Assembly (NCBI GenBank): GCA_020851795.1
Contig: JADZCA010000013.1
Location: forward strand, 7,428 to 71,427
Source: Planctomycetota bacterium
Lineage (GTDB): Bacteria; Planctomycetota; PLA2; JAEUHO01
Length of the DNA stretch: 64,000 nucleotides
Reading direction: 5' to 3'
Positions within the stretch are counted from its first letter, which is position 1, and every line of letters starts with the position of its first letter. Made by a program: the position numbers and the translations under genes. Under the pieces are notes generated by a model. That model was not told the DNA's origin, did not search any database, and was given only the letters and a program-made list of their open reading frames with translations. Below are positions 31,501 through 43,222 of the stretch, piece by piece.

Positions 31501-31771
31501 GCAGGCGCGCCGCCTCCGCGCGGCTCGGGCGCACGCGCGCCGCCACCGAGAGCCGCCACGCGAGCGCGAGCACCGCCGCGGGCCCGAGCAGGACGAGGAG
31601 CGCGAGCCGCAGCGCCGCGGGGAGGTCGAAGGCGACGTCGAGCAGGAGCGCGAGGACCCAGGCCGTCAGCAGCGCCGCGGCCCCGCGGGTCGCCTCGACG
31701 GCGAAGGCCGCGCGGCGGCGCGTGGCGGCCGCGCGGTCGAGGAGGGCGTCGAACGAGGCGGGGCGGCTCAT
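28508..31771 (-). CDS. large membrane-anchored coiled-coil protein (BatD/DUF4175-like component of MoxR-VWA operons)
   Basis: ATG (MSRPASFDALL) overlaps the upstream stop (ATGA). Two N-terminal TM helices, Ig-like middle part, long acidic coiled-coil region, and a Gly/Ser-rich segment. Confidence 0.5.
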   Translation of the reverse strand: MSRPASFDALLDRAAATRRRAAFAVEATRGAAALLTAWVLALLLDVAFDLPAALRLALLVLLGPAAVLALAWRLSVAARVRPSRAEAARLLETRCALPGNPLIDAVLLDADAREGRAGVAPSLAERVVAEAGHVAVRVDARSAGEGPRIARAATVLAAAGAVAALGALLWPGASGAAVVRFLRPFEAAPAPGGLVVEVSPGATRVPTGSSVDVRARVRAELAARLPSDADVEVEVDGRTAQRTPMSARGTLSTERRFEARVDVEAVALRYRVLAGAAASPWYRIEVMHRPAIAAVAVRLVPPAYTGRAPEELPVGPAGVAALVGTEATLVLSTTRPCREGKVTFPGASPQAAERLADGRFATSVRVERGGPVTARLLGEDGVEAADVPVTTWAAVEDALPAVRLEASAQSLVVDPGERVDFAVRAEDDVGLAALRLVGSVEGEAKEVTLWQVPFPAPGPAAARERPSVVLDPGGFEPGRTYRFVAEADDRAPARTSRARSAPVLVRVRGPQDLRAPEGSPLARAFERLRALVEAVRAERARVGTLLDLYAEHEREGRLARRAEEARAGHEALPARFAEVEALFRAEPTGAKAAATLAAAREEELATARAAMAETRRPGDARGALARARDADDRLVARLLALLGELAAKAPPEGAPKPVAEAPRSPADRLSQLAQDLARFVSEQRKVLDATKDVEKRASEDLTQGDEALLGSLAAQEAAWAKLFEEAFTDLSKVPSQDFADGSLLKELNQVYMEVQRAAEALSDRKVELAVPAEQSGLELAERLETNLERWIPDTPDREKWVMEEPPQEYDVPLADLPDELEDIVGDLLDDEAQMDEDVEDVSSSWMDSLDKGAGWDATDGPISNMSARGITGNRLPNQNEIGGRSGEGRSGKSHGQMVEETAEGKGGRETPTRKTESPFEAGSVKDSSKDPRGGATGGGKVAGQGDTGLRGTPPPPVQAKLERLRGNQGELRQQAERLQRWLRALHLPAGDVDDAIARMKRIEENIAAGRGFDLRQAHADVKSALELARRALVAEADTLRAQGAALSPEVRRELFSGLREPVPPGLEAVVKAFYEALSRGAGPAPGK

Positions 31772-32916
31772 CGGGGGCCCTCCGGGCGGCGGACGGCGTG
31801 CACTTCGCGCTCGACGGTGGCGCCCGCTTCGACCGCGATCGCGGCGAGGCGCGGCTCGACCGCCGCGTCGGGCGGCTCCTCGCCGTCGGCGAGCACCGTC
31901 CGTAGCAGGTTCGCGCGGCCGTCGAGCCGCCACTCGTGCTCGAGGCGGTGCGCGGTCCACACGTCCACCGCGACGAGCGCCTGCGCGCGGCCGCGCTCGC
32001 CGTCGAACGTCGTCGGGCGCAGCACCCGCTTCCAGACCGCGACGCGCGCGGCGTCGCGGTCGCCGCCCACGCCCACGAGCCGGCGCGCGTCGTAGAGGTC
32101 GTCGCCCTTCGCGACGAGCTCGGAGAGCGGCGCGGCGTCGTCCTCGGGGACGATCGGACGCGCGGCCGCCGGCGACGGCGCGACGCCGACGAGGGCGTGT
32201 GCGCCGGCGAGGACGGCCAGGTCGTAGGTGTCGGCGGGGAGCCCGTCGAAGCGGACCCGGCCGGCGGTCGCGTCCTCGACGGTCCCGGCGTAGGCGAGGC
32301 GTGCCCGGTGCCCGTACGCGCCCGCCGCCCGCACGGCGCCGCCGTCGCGCAGCGTCACGCGCAGGGTCGCGAGGCGAGCGGGGACCGCCTCGGGCACGTC
32401 GAGGAAGCGCACCTCGCGCGCGTAGACGAGGTCGTCGAGCGTCTGGCCCACCTCGCCCTTCCACTGCCGACGCAGCAGCACCTTGCGCTCGTCGGGGTCC
32501 TCGGCGCCGCCACGCTCGGGCCCGAGGACGCGGACGACCGTCGTGCGCAGGTGACCCTCCGCGCGCTCGCCGCTGCGCAGCACGAGGGTGACGAGGAGGT
32601 TGCGCAGCGGGTAGCGCCCCTCGCCGAAGGACTTCTCGTCCTTGCCGGGCGTCTTGAAGGTGTAGGGCCGCTCGAGCGCCTCGTCCTCGACCCGCGAGAG
32701 GACCGCCGCGAGCTCGGCGGGGTCCACGTCGCGGCCCTTGCCGGTCGCCGGGTCGACGAGGTGCAGCGAGCGTCCCACCGTGAACACGAGCCGCCCCTGT
32801 GCGCTCGTCCCGTCCGAGAAGACGACGCGCCCCGGCCGTCCCGCCTCCTCGGCGGCGACGCGACCCGCGAGCGCCGCGACGACGAGGACCACCGGCACGA
32901 GTCGGGCGAGGCTCAC
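31768..32916 (-). CDS. hypothetical secreted protein
   Basis: GTG start at 32916 overlaps the BatB-like stop (GTGA). Signal peptide SLARLVPVVLVVAALAG. Confidence 0.45.
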   Translation of the reverse strand: MSLARLVPVVLVVAALAGRVAAEEAGRPGRVVFSDGTSAQGRLVFTVGRSLHLVDPATGKGRDVDPAELAAVLSRVEDEALERPYTFKTPGKDEKSFGEGRYPLRNLLVTLVLRSGERAEGHLRTTVVRVLGPERGGAEDPDERKVLLRRQWKGEVGQTLDDLVYAREVRFLDVPEAVPARLATLRVTLRDGGAVRAAGAYGHRARLAYAGTVEDATAGRVRFDGLPADTYDLAVLAGAHALVGVAPSPAAARPIVPEDDAAPLSELVAKGDDLYDARRLVGVGGDRDAARVAVWKRVLRPTTFDGERGRAQALVAVDVWTAHRLEHEWRLDGRANLLRTVLADGEEPPDAAVEPRLAAIAVEAGATVEREVHAVRRPEGPR

Positions 32917-35093
32917 GGGAGGTTGCTCCGGCGCCGCAGCACCCACTCGGCGAGCAGGCACGCGACCATCGCGAGGAGCCACCACGGCCCCTCGTAGACG
33001 AGCGACCGCTCGCGGGTGCGCGGCGCCTGCGGGGCCGACGCGGCCAGCCGTGCGGACAGCTCGGCCAGCGCCGTCGGCGGGACCACCGCGCCGCCGCTGG
33101 CCGCGGCGATCGCGGCGAGGCGCGCCGGGTCGGCGACCGGCTCCTCGCCCTCGCGTGCCTCGCCCGTCGTGCGCAGGAGCACCTCGCGCACCGCGGCGGG
33201 TGCGCCCGGCAGCGACGCGGTGACGCGCACGCGCACCGGTTCGTCGCCGTCCACCGCGACGTCGGCGGTGAAGGTGCCCGGCGCGTCGGCGACCGCGCGC
33301 AGCGCCACGGGCCCCGCGTCCTTGCCGTCGAGCGCGAGCCGACGCGCCTCGACCGAGGCGTCGGCCCGCGGGGTCCGGTCGGGGCCCCGCACCGTCGCGG
33401 TGACGCGGGCGACGTCGCCCTTCGCGTAGCGGGCGCGGTCGGTGGCGAGGGAGAGCCCCTCGCGCTCGGCCGCGCGGGAGGCGAGCCAGCGCAGCCCTTG
33501 GCGGAGCAGCGCGCCGTACGCGGCGGGGGCCGTGGCCTGCATCCGGTGCAGCGTGTTCGTCAGCCACAAGAGCGTCCGGCCACGGGCCGCGGAGCCGGCG
33601 ACGAGCAGCGGCCGGGGCGGGCCGTCGCCCGCCCGCGTCGCAAGCAGCGTCGTCGCGCCCGGGCGCAGCGCGCCCACGCGGTGCAGGCTCGCCACGGAGA
33701 CGCCGTCGGCGGCGAGCGCGTCGTCGAGCCCTTCGAGCACGGGGTGGGCCCGCCCCTCCGCGGTGCGCTCGGCGCGCAAGGCCCCGGTGGTCATCCCCTC
33801 GTCGGCCGCGCGCGCCACGACGGGCAGGACGCGCGCGAGCGGCCGGCCCTCCCAGCCGCCGCTGCCGAGCGCGTCGTCGTCGCCGATCACGAGGAGCCCG
33901 CCGCCCTCCTCGACGAACGCGAGCAGCGCCGCCTCCTCGGCCGACGCCACGTCGGCCGCGCGCGTCCCCACCAGCACGACGACGTCGAAACGCGAGAGCG
34001 CCGCCGCGTCGGCGGGGAAGCCGGTCGCGAGCGGGTCGCCGGCCGCGATGCCGTCGGTGAGCACCTTGCCCGGCGCGAGCCGCAGCACGGACGCGAAGGT
34101 GAGCCCCGGCGTGCGCGCGACCTCCGCGCGCAGCGGGCGGTACTCGCGCGTCACCCGGGCCGCGAGCAGGAGCACGCGCAGCGACGGGTCCTCGGCCAGC
34201 ACGAACGCGCGCCGACGGTCGTCGGCCGCGACCCGGTCGCGCGCGACGGGGCCCACCCGGGCCTCGAGCACGTGCGCGCCCGCGGCGTCGAGGCGCACGT
34301 CGAAGCGCGCCACGCCGCGGCCGCGGCCGTCGAGGGCCACGGTCTTCGCGCCGAGGGCCTCGCCGCCGCGCGAGAGCGACACGGACGGCGCGCGGTGGCG
34401 CTCGCGGAACGCGACGCTGCCCGTCACGGCGACCTCGACCTCGACCGCGACGGTCGTGTGCAGGTCGGCTCGCTCGGGCGCGCGGAGCGCGACGACGCGC
34501 GCGTCGTCGACGAGGTCGAGGTCGGTCCCCAGCGGCACCGCGAGCACCGGGCAGGGGAGGCGCGGGGTCGTCGGGGCCACGGTGTCGATCCCGTCGCTGG
34601 CGAGCACGATCGCGACGGGTGGTTCGGCCGCGTCGGCGCCCGCGCGCGCGAGCGCCGCGCCGAGGTCGGTGCCCTCGCCGGCGGCGGTCAGCGTGTCGGC
34701 CGTGCCCGCCGTCGCCGCGGCCGAGGCGAAGGTGGTCGCCTCGACCGCGAAGACGCCGTCGAGCCGCTCGCGCACCTCGCGGACGACGGCCTTCGCGTCG
34801 TCCGAGCGGGTCCCGCGGCGCCCGTCGGGCACGGCCATCGACGCCGAGTCGTCCACGAGGAGCCGCACGCGCGGGCGCCGCTCGGCCGGCACGGCGGACA
34901 CGACGGTCGGGTTGGCGAACGCGAGCAGCAGCAGCGTCACCGCGGCCACGCGCAGCGCGATCATCGGGCGCGCGGCGCGGCCCACGCCGAGCGCGAGGAG
35001 GCGGCGCACGCCCACGACGACGGCCGCGGCCGCCACGGCGAGCGCGAGGAGGCCGACGGTCGGCGCGACGGGCGGGGCGAAGTGCAGGCTCAT
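32913..35093 (-). CDS. VWA-domain membrane protein (BatB-like)
   Basis: N-terminal double TM. MIDAS motif LLVDDSASM. C-terminal TM. ATGA overlap with the upstream gene. Confidence 0.7.
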   Translation of the reverse strand: MSLHFAPPVAPTVGLLALAVAAAAVVVGVRRLLALGVGRAARPMIALRVAAVTLLLLAFANPTVVSAVPAERRPRVRLLVDDSASMAVPDGRRGTRSDDAKAVVREVRERLDGVFAVEATTFASAAATAGTADTLTAAGEGTDLGAALARAGADAAEPPVAIVLASDGIDTVAPTTPRLPCPVLAVPLGTDLDLVDDARVVALRAPERADLHTTVAVEVEVAVTGSVAFRERHRAPSVSLSRGGEALGAKTVALDGRGRGVARFDVRLDAAGAHVLEARVGPVARDRVAADDRRRAFVLAEDPSLRVLLLAARVTREYRPLRAEVARTPGLTFASVLRLAPGKVLTDGIAAGDPLATGFPADAAALSRFDVVVLVGTRAADVASAEEAALLAFVEEGGGLLVIGDDDALGSGGWEGRPLARVLPVVARAADEGMTTGALRAERTAEGRAHPVLEGLDDALAADGVSVASLHRVGALRPGATTLLATRAGDGPPRPLLVAGSAARGRTLLWLTNTLHRMQATAPAAYGALLRQGLRWLASRAAEREGLSLATDRARYAKGDVARVTATVRGPDRTPRADASVEARRLALDGKDAGPVALRAVADAPGTFTADVAVDGDEPVRVRVTASLPGAPAAVREVLLRTTGEAREGEEPVADPARLAAIAAASGGAVVPPTALAELSARLAASAPQAPRTRERSLVYEGPWWLLAMVACLLAEWVLRRRSNLP

Positions 35094-37108
35094 GCGGCGT
35101 GCGCTCCGCGGCCGGAGAGCTCGGCCTGCGTGGCCGTCGAGAGGCGCCGTCGCGCGAGGTTGCCGAGCGCCGTCTCGGAAAGGAGCGCGACGCAGGCGAG
35201 CACGAGGAGCCAGCCCGTCAGGTCGCGCGGCGCGCCGCGCGACAGCGTCGCCTCGACGTCCTGCGGCGCCACGACCGTCGCGCCGGGCAGCCGCGCCTCC
35301 CACGCCGCGGGCGTGGCCCGGCGGCCCGTCGCCTCGGCGAGGTCGGCGTCCACCGAGAACGCCGCGTCGGCCCGCTCGAGGTCGTACAGCCCCGCGCGCA
35401 GCACCGGACGCGGTGCCGTGCCGTCGCCGGCCACGCACGCCGGGCGCTCGACCCCGCCGCGGGCGAGCAGCGGGAGGGTGCCGTGGAGCCACGCGAGGAA
35501 GGTGGGCCGCAGGGCGAAGGCGGTGGACGTCGGCTCGAGCGGGGTCGCGAGCAGGAGCGCGTGCGCCGGGCGCCCGCTCCCGCGCAGGAGCACCGGCCGG
35601 CCGCCCGCCTCCATCAACACGACCGCGTCCGCGCGCGTCGCCACCTCGACGGCGTCCTTGACGACGACGCCCTCGAGCCGCGCGCGTCCCTCCGAGGCGA
35701 GGCCGACGAGCGTCGGGTCGGCGGGCGCGACGACGGCGAGCGCGGCGGCCGGCGGCGGCTCGACCGCCCGCGGCGGCACCACGCGCGCCGGCAGCGCGTC
35801 GTCGAGCGGAGCCGGGACGGCGCGCGCGGCCCTGGCGGCACGCGGGCCCGCGACGACGAGCAGGCCGGCGCCCTCGGCGTGGCGGGCGAGCACGGCCGCC
35901 GCGACCGCGTCGGGGAGGTCGGGGGCGTCGTGGACGAGCACGAGGTCGGCGGTGCGCACGAGCGCGGCGTCCGCGTCGGAGGCGCGCACGCGCGTCACGT
36001 GGACGCCCGACACCGTGCCGTCGCCCGTCGGGTCGGCCGCGAGCGCGAGCAGCGCGCCACCCGACAAGGGCGAGGCCCCGCCCGCCTCCTCGAGCGCGCC
36101 GTCGAGGAGCAGGGCCTCGAGGCGCGGTCGCACGACGACGACGAGGTGGCGACGGTCGTCGGGGGCGAAGTCGTCGGCGGGGACCGAGGCGGTCAGGCCC
36201 GTCGGCCCGGCCACGGTCGGCGGGACGGAGAAGGTCGTCTCGCCGGTCCCCGCCGCGGACAGCGCGACGTCGGCGCGTCGCGGCGCGTCCGTGCCGAAGA
36301 CGAGCTCGACGGGGACGGAGGACGCCGCCCCGGCCCGGCGCTCGACGGCGACGGTGACCGCGACCGGGCGCCCGACGGTGACCGGCCCGCTGCCGACCGC
36401 GAGCCGGACGACCGCGACGTCGTTCCCGGCCGGTGGCGCCGTCGCCGCGACGACGACGACGCGCGTGCCCGGCGGCAGCGCACGGGCCGCCGCCTCGAGG
36501 TCGGGGTCGTCGAGCGCGGCGGCGTCGAGGTCGGTGGTGACGACGAGGCGACGGTCGGGCGAGGTGCCGCGCGCGAGCGCGGCCCCGGCCCGGCGCAGCG
36601 CGGCGGCGAGCGAACCGCGCGCGTCGGTGCGCTCGGCGGCCTCGAGGGCGCGCAGGAGCGCGCGCGCGTCCTGCGAGAGCCCCTCGGCCGGCGCCGCGGG
36701 CCCCGCGACGACCCGGTGCAGCGCCCCGCGGTCGCCCGGGCCCATGCGCTCGAGGACCGCGCGCGCCGCCGCGACGCCGCGCGACCACGCCCCGTCGGCC
36801 CCGCCGACGGCCGTCGAGGCGGAGTCGTCCACCACGACGACCGTGTCCGACGACGCGGGGCCCGCGGCGCCGCCGACGCTCGGGCGCGCGAGCGCCAGCA
36901 CCGCGAGCGCCACCGCGGCCGTGCGCAGCGCGAGCAGGACGAGCTCGTGCAGGCGGCGGCGGCGGGCGAGGTGGGGGTCCACCTTGCGCAGGAGCCGCAG
37001 CGACGGGAAGACGACGACCTTCGTGCGTCGCCGGAAGAGGAGGTGCACGAGCACCGGGAGCGCCGCGAGCGCGAGGAAGGGCAGCAGGGCGGGGTTGGCC
37101 ACGCCCAC
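35090..37108 (-). CDS. VWA-domain membrane protein (BatA-like, BatA N-terminal double-TM domain)
   Basis: ANPALLPFLALAALPVLVHLLFRRR N-terminus. MIDAS VVVVDDSAST. C-terminal TM. GTG candidates at 37102, 37108 and 37114 (37114 overlaps the DUF58 stop). Confidence 0.7.
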   Translation of the reverse strand: MGVANPALLPFLALAALPVLVHLLFRRRTKVVVFPSLRLLRKVDPHLARRRRLHELVLLALRTAAVALAVLALARPSVGGAAGPASSDTVVVVDDSASTAVGGADGAWSRGVAAARAVLERMGPGDRGALHRVVAGPAAPAEGLSQDARALLRALEAAERTDARGSLAAALRRAGAALARGTSPDRRLVVTTDLDAAALDDPDLEAAARALPPGTRVVVVAATAPPAGNDVAVVRLAVGSGPVTVGRPVAVTVAVERRAGAASSVPVELVFGTDAPRRADVALSAAGTGETTFSVPPTVAGPTGLTASVPADDFAPDDRRHLVVVVRPRLEALLLDGALEEAGGASPLSGGALLALAADPTGDGTVSGVHVTRVRASDADAALVRTADLVLVHDAPDLPDAVAAAVLARHAEGAGLLVVAGPRAARAARAVPAPLDDALPARVVPPRAVEPPPAAALAVVAPADPTLVGLASEGRARLEGVVVKDAVEVATRADAVVLMEAGGRPVLLRGSGRPAHALLLATPLEPTSTAFALRPTFLAWLHGTLPLLARGGVERPACVAGDGTAPRPVLRAGLYDLERADAAFSVDADLAEATGRRATPAAWEARLPGATVVAPQDVEATLSRGAPRDLTGWLLVLACVALLSETALGNLARRRLSTATQAELSGRGAHAA

Positions 37109-37110
37109 CG

Positions 37111-38012
37111 TCACCGTCCGATCCGCGTGCGCGCGTGGACGAAGCGGGCGAGCTCGGTCGCGAACGGCCGCGAGGTCGAGAGGACGCGGTGCTCGACGCA
37201 CGCCTCGGCCGTGACGCGCCCGAGGCCCCGCAGCCAGGCGGCGACGGCGTCACGGTAGGCGTCGCGGACGGTGCCGGCCTCGACGGGGAGGCGCTCGCCC
37301 GTCTCGGCGTCCTCGAGCTCGACGAGGCCGTGCCAGGGGAGGTCGGTCTCGGCGTCGTCGAGCACCTGCAGGACGGTGACGTCGTGGCGGTCGTGGCGCA
37401 GCCGGCGCAGCCCGTGCGCGACGTCGTCGGGGTCGTCGTGCAGGTCGGAGACCAGCACGACGACGCTGCGCCGGCGCAGCCGTGTCGCGACGGCGCGCAG
37501 CGCGTTGCCCACGCCCGTCGTCCCGTCGGGCTCGAAGGCCTCCAGCGTCTCGAGCGCCTCGCGCACCGCCGTCGGCGAGCCGCGGGCGGGGAGCACGCGG
37601 TCCACCCGGTCGCCGAAGACGACGAGGCCCGCCGCGTCGCGCTGGCGGTGGAGCAGGTAGACGAGCCCGCCGGCCAGCGAGCAGGCGTACGCCCACTTGG
37701 TGGGGCGGTCGTCGGCCCCGCGGAACGCCATCGACGCGCTGCGGTCCACGAGCACGAAGGCCTGGAGGTTGGTCTCGTCCTCGTACTGGCGCACGACGCG
37801 GCGGTCCGCGCGCGCGAGCACGCGGAAGTCGAGGAAGCGCACCGGGTCGCCGGGCACGTACTCGCGGTACTCGGCGAACTCCACGGACGCGCCCTTGTGG
37901 CGCGAGCGGTGCAGCCCGGCGATCCGCCCCTCGACGGGCCCGCGCGGCGACAGCACGAGGCCGTCGAGGGCCTCCTGCGTCGCGGGCGTCAGGTAGCGGA
38001 ACGCGCGGCCGC

Positions 38013-38016
<4 letters not shown>
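37111..38016 (-). CDS. DUF58-family protein (MoxR partner)
   Basis: VLVDRSASM-like motif and DUF58 topology. ATGA overlap with the MoxR stop. Confidence 0.7.
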
Positions 38017-39470
<1,454 letters not shown>

Positions 39471-39473
39471 GGG

Positions 39474-41018
39474 TCACCGGGTCATCGCGTAGAGAACGAC
39501 GTTCTCGCCGACGCGGATCGCGTCGGCGGGGGCGTAGCCGCGGGCGAGCGGGTGCTCGTCGCCCTGCCAGCCGCCGCCGAGGTCGAACGGGGAGAGGAGG
39601 ACGGCGACGCGACCGTCCACCTCGACGCCCTCGAGGTAGGGGGCCTCGAGGTCGGGGCGCTCGCGGCGGAGCGCGGGGGTGTAGGCGACGCGGTCGATGC
39701 GATGCAGCGACGACCACAGCGGGTGGCCCGGCGGCAGCGGCCGGGGCGTCGCCTGCGGCACGAGGCGGCGGATCTCGCGCCGCGCGTGCCCGGTGAACCA
39801 CGGCAGGCCGAGCGACGCGTCGAACAGCATCGTGCCGCCGCGCGCGAGGAAGGCCTGGATCGCGGCGACCGCGGCGTCGGAGAACGAGAAGGCGTCCACG
39901 CCGGCGACGTAGAGGAACGACAGCCCCGAGAGGTCGTCCTTGCCCGGGTCCACCGTGCGGCGGCGCAGCGTGACCTTGGCGTTGGTGCGCGCGGCGAGCG
40001 CCTTCAAGAGGTTGCCGGGGCCGCCGGGGTCGGTGTTCCACACGCCCTCGTGGCGCACCTGCGCGAGGACGAACTCGTCGGTCGCCGGCTTGCCGTCGTC
40101 CTCGCCGTAGAGTTCGGGCCGCGCGTGGCTGCGCCCGAGCGCGGCGTAGCCGAGCGCGTACGCGACGAGGTTGACGCCCAGCTCCTTGGCCGAGCGCGGG
40201 TCGTAGTAGGTCGCGCCTGCGATCAGCGACGGTTCGGCGTTGTCCCAGCCGCCGCCCATCCCGAACTTCGAGAGCACGGCGGCCACGCGGCAGCCGACGT
40301 AGAGCCCTTCGAGCACGGGACGGTCGGTGCCGGCGGCGGGGGGCAGCGTGGCCTTGACCGCGTCGGCGGCCATGTGGAACAGCGGGTGGTCGGGCGGGAG
40401 CACGCGCAGCGGCTCCTCGGGGAACAGCCGCCCGAGCAGCGCGCGCACCGATTCCACGAAGAACGGGCTGCCGGCGATCGCGTCGAACCACACCATCCCG
40501 CCCGCGAGCACGAAGCGGCGCAGCACCGCCTCCTGGTCGCCCGACAGCACGAGGCGCCGGCCGCCGGAGACGTAGAGCACCGGCGTGCGCAGCGGGTCGG
40601 GGTCGAAGGAGGAGAGGCGGACGGTGTCGGCGCGGTACTCCACGCCGAGGACGCGCCCCGACAGCTTGAGCAGCTGCTGCGCGTCGGCCGGGCACATGTT
40701 CCAGTCCTCGACGCGCACCGAGGTCCCGTCCTCGAACGCGAAGTCCGCCCCGGCGCCCCAGACGACCTTGCCGACGAGCAGCGGCGGCGCGGGCGGGCGC
40801 TTGCGCTCGGTGCGGCGCAGCGGGGTCGCGGGCAACGGGAGCGGCGGGAACGACTCGCCACCCTGGATGCGCTGCGGCGTCGCGACCTTGCCGCCGCCGA
40901 CGGGGCGCAGCCAGTCGTCCTCGCCGCCGGCCCGTGCCACGGTCGAGAGCAGCGCGAGCGCCGTCGCGGCGACCGCGGCGCGCAGGAACGGACGGCGCTC
41001 GGGCATGGGGCACCTCAT
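39474..41018 (-). CDS. secreted protein with two DUF4159-like (class-I glutamine-amidotransferase-like) domains
   Basis: Signal peptide. Two internally repeated halves (…VLAGGMVWFDAIAG…PPDHPLF / …LARGGTMLFDASLG…PPGHPLW). ATGA overlap with the upstream TPR gene. Confidence 0.5.
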   Translation of the reverse strand: MRCPMPERRPFLRAAVAATALALLSTVARAGGEDDWLRPVGGGKVATPQRIQGGESFPPLPLPATPLRRTERKRPPAPPLLVGKVVWGAGADFAFEDGTSVRVEDWNMCPADAQQLLKLSGRVLGVEYRADTVRLSSFDPDPLRTPVLYVSGGRRLVLSGDQEAVLRRFVLAGGMVWFDAIAGSPFFVESVRALLGRLFPEEPLRVLPPDHPLFHMAADAVKATLPPAAGTDRPVLEGLYVGCRVAAVLSKFGMGGGWDNAEPSLIAGATYYDPRSAKELGVNLVAYALGYAALGRSHARPELYGEDDGKPATDEFVLAQVRHEGVWNTDPGGPGNLLKALAARTNAKVTLRRRTVDPGKDDLSGLSFLYVAGVDAFSFSDAAVAAIQAFLARGGTMLFDASLGLPWFTGHARREIRRLVPQATPRPLPPGHPLWSSLHRIDRVAYTPALRRERPDLEAPYLEGVEVDGRVAVLLSPFDLGGGWQGDEHPLARGYAPADAIRVGENVVLYAMTR

Positions 41019-43138
41019 CGGGGCGGGGCGGGGGGGCGGGCGACCTCGGCGGCCTCCGGCGACCACGGGAACTCGGTGCGCAGCCGCGCGCGGGCGGCCT
41101 CCGCCCCCGCGGCGTCGCCCTCCGCGGCGCGGCTGCGCGCGAGCAGGAGCAGGGCCCGGGGCGTCGCCGCGCCGTCGGGCTCGACGGCGACCGCACGCTC
41201 GAGGAGCACCGTCGCGCGCCTCGCCTCCCCGACGCGCAGCGACGCGTCGGCGAGCAGCACGGCGCCCTCCGCGCGCAGCCGCTCGCGGGGGAAGTCGGCG
41301 AGGACGGCGCGCGCGGCCTCGATCGCGGCGCCCGCGTCGCCCGCCGCGAGCCACGCCTCGACGGCGTGCAGGCGGGCCCGACGCGACGCCTCGCGGGCGC
41401 GCGCGTCGCCGTCGCCGCGGTCGAGCACGCGCTCGAGCACGCGCGCCGCCTCCTCGGGGCGCCCGGTCGAGAGCAGGGCGTCGGCGCGCGCGAGCGCCGC
41501 GCGGCGGACCCCGTCCTCGTCGAGGTCGGCGGGGCGCAGGCGGTCGAGCGTGGCGAGCCCCGCCGTCGCGTCGCCGCGCTCGACCGCGTCCTGCGCGGCG
41601 GCGAGCGCCGCGCGCGCGGCCGCCGCGGGCGGCGCGTCGGGGGTCGTCGCCGCGAGCGCGAGCGCGCGCAGGCGGGCGTCGGGGTCGCGCGTCGCCGGGG
41701 CGTCGAAGAACGCGGCGAGCGTCAGGAAGACGTCCACCCTCGTCGCGCCGTGCAGGCCGTCGGCGCGCGCGAACGCGTCCTTCGCGACGGCGCGCACGAG
41801 CGCGTCGGACCCGAGCGTGTCGGCGGCCCGCAGCGCCGCGTCCACTTCGCCCGGCGCGAGCCCCGCGGCCGCGGCCTCCTCGAGCGCGGCGCTCCACGCG
41901 CGCTCGCTGCCCTGGGCGAACGGGACGAGCTGCGTCCACACGGGCTCCGAGGCGACGCGCTGCACGCCGTCGGAGGCGGGGCGCCGGCTCGACGTCACGC
42001 GCAGGCGCACCGGCCGCACGGCGCGGCCGACGTAGACGTGCTCGCCCGCCGCGCCCGTGCCGCCGCGCCCGTCCCCGAAGTCCCAGGTGCACGTCGCGTC
42101 GCGGGGGACGCCCACCGCCTCGAGGCGGACGCGCACGAGGTAGGCGCCGCCGACGTCGGCGTGCTCGACCGAGCGCCAGCGGAAGTCGGCCGGTGCGGGG
42201 CCCGTGGCGACCTCGACCGGCCCGGCCTCGGCGGGGACCGGCTGCACCCAGTCGGCGTCCCACAGCACGCGCCAGCGCGGCTCGTCGGTCTTGCGGATCG
42301 CGACGACGGCGGCCTGCGGCTGCCCGCCCGCGACGAAGTGGACGTACTCGAGCGGCGTCGCGCCCGCCTCGAGGGCCACGCGGGTGCGGAAGCGCCCGCG
42401 CTGCGCGGCGTGGGGGCCGCGCATGCGCGACCACAGCGGCACCTCCGCCTCCCGGACGCGGAGGATGGACGCGTCGCTCGACACGGTGCACAGCTCGTAC
42501 TCGCCCGCGGTCGGCACCCGGAAGAAGCCGCGGTAGGTCGCGACGTAGGTGCGGCTCGGGCCCGCGGGGTTCTGGCCGTCGAACACCTTCGGCCGCAGGA
42601 CGCGGCCCTCGACGTCGGTCGCCGTCTTCTCCGCGAGCGCGACCCCCTCGGGCGTGTCCACCGGGAACGGGTGCGGCCAGCGGCGCACCTCGCAGACGAG
42701 CCCGCCGTCGCGCGTCCACGCGGGCGGGCGGTCCTTGGGGTCCGCGCAGCCCCAGTAGGCGGCGTAGCGGGCCCCGAGGTCGCGCGCCTCGAAGAGGAGC
42801 GTGGCGACGTCGCCGGGGCCGACCGACAGCACCTCGACGCCCACCGGTCGGCCGTCGGGGCCCACGACGCGGAGGTCCGCCCCGTCCTTGCGCAGCGCGC
42901 CGTGCGTCGAGACCGTCGCCGACGCGGTGTGGGGCGCGAGCGGGCCCGCGGGCGAGAGCGTCAACGCGCAGCGGTGCGTCCACGCGCGGTCCCACCACGC
43001 GGGCCCCGCGGGGGCCGGCGCGTCTTGGGCCACCGCCGCCGCGCGCGGCGCGAGCAGCAGGGCGAGCGCGACGAGCGCCCCGGCGCACGCTCGGCCTCGA
43101 GGCCGCGGCGCACGGGGCAGGGCACTCGGCGGTCGCAC
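41015..43138 (-). CDS. secreted protein with C-terminal TPR-like repeats (BatC/BatE-like)
   Basis: GTG at 43138 followed by a signal peptide (RGRACAGALVALALLLAPRAAAVAQ). N-terminal beta-rich domain. C-terminal Ala-rich TPR-like helices. First gene of the operon. Confidence 0.5.
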   Translation of the reverse strand: MRPPSALPRAPRPRGRACAGALVALALLLAPRAAAVAQDAPAPAGPAWWDRAWTHRCALTLSPAGPLAPHTASATVSTHGALRKDGADLRVVGPDGRPVGVEVLSVGPGDVATLLFEARDLGARYAAYWGCADPKDRPPAWTRDGGLVCEVRRWPHPFPVDTPEGVALAEKTATDVEGRVLRPKVFDGQNPAGPSRTYVATYRGFFRVPTAGEYELCTVSSDASILRVREAEVPLWSRMRGPHAAQRGRFRTRVALEAGATPLEYVHFVAGGQPQAAVVAIRKTDEPRWRVLWDADWVQPVPAEAGPVEVATGPAPADFRWRSVEHADVGGAYLVRVRLEAVGVPRDATCTWDFGDGRGGTGAAGEHVYVGRAVRPVRLRVTSSRRPASDGVQRVASEPVWTQLVPFAQGSERAWSAALEEAAAAGLAPGEVDAALRAADTLGSDALVRAVAKDAFARADGLHGATRVDVFLTLAAFFDAPATRDPDARLRALALAATTPDAPPAAAARAALAAAQDAVERGDATAGLATLDRLRPADLDEDGVRRAALARADALLSTGRPEEAARVLERVLDRGDGDARAREASRRARLHAVEAWLAAGDAGAAIEAARAVLADFPRERLRAEGAVLLADASLRVGEARRATVLLERAVAVEPDGAATPRALLLLARSRAAEGDAAGAEAARARLRTEFPWSPEAAEVARPPAPPR

Positions 43139-43222
43139 GACGACGCATCCTCCGACAACGCAACGTCCTTCGATACCCCGGACGTCCCCTCCGGGTTTCT
43201 CCCGAATCGGCGCGACGTCGCG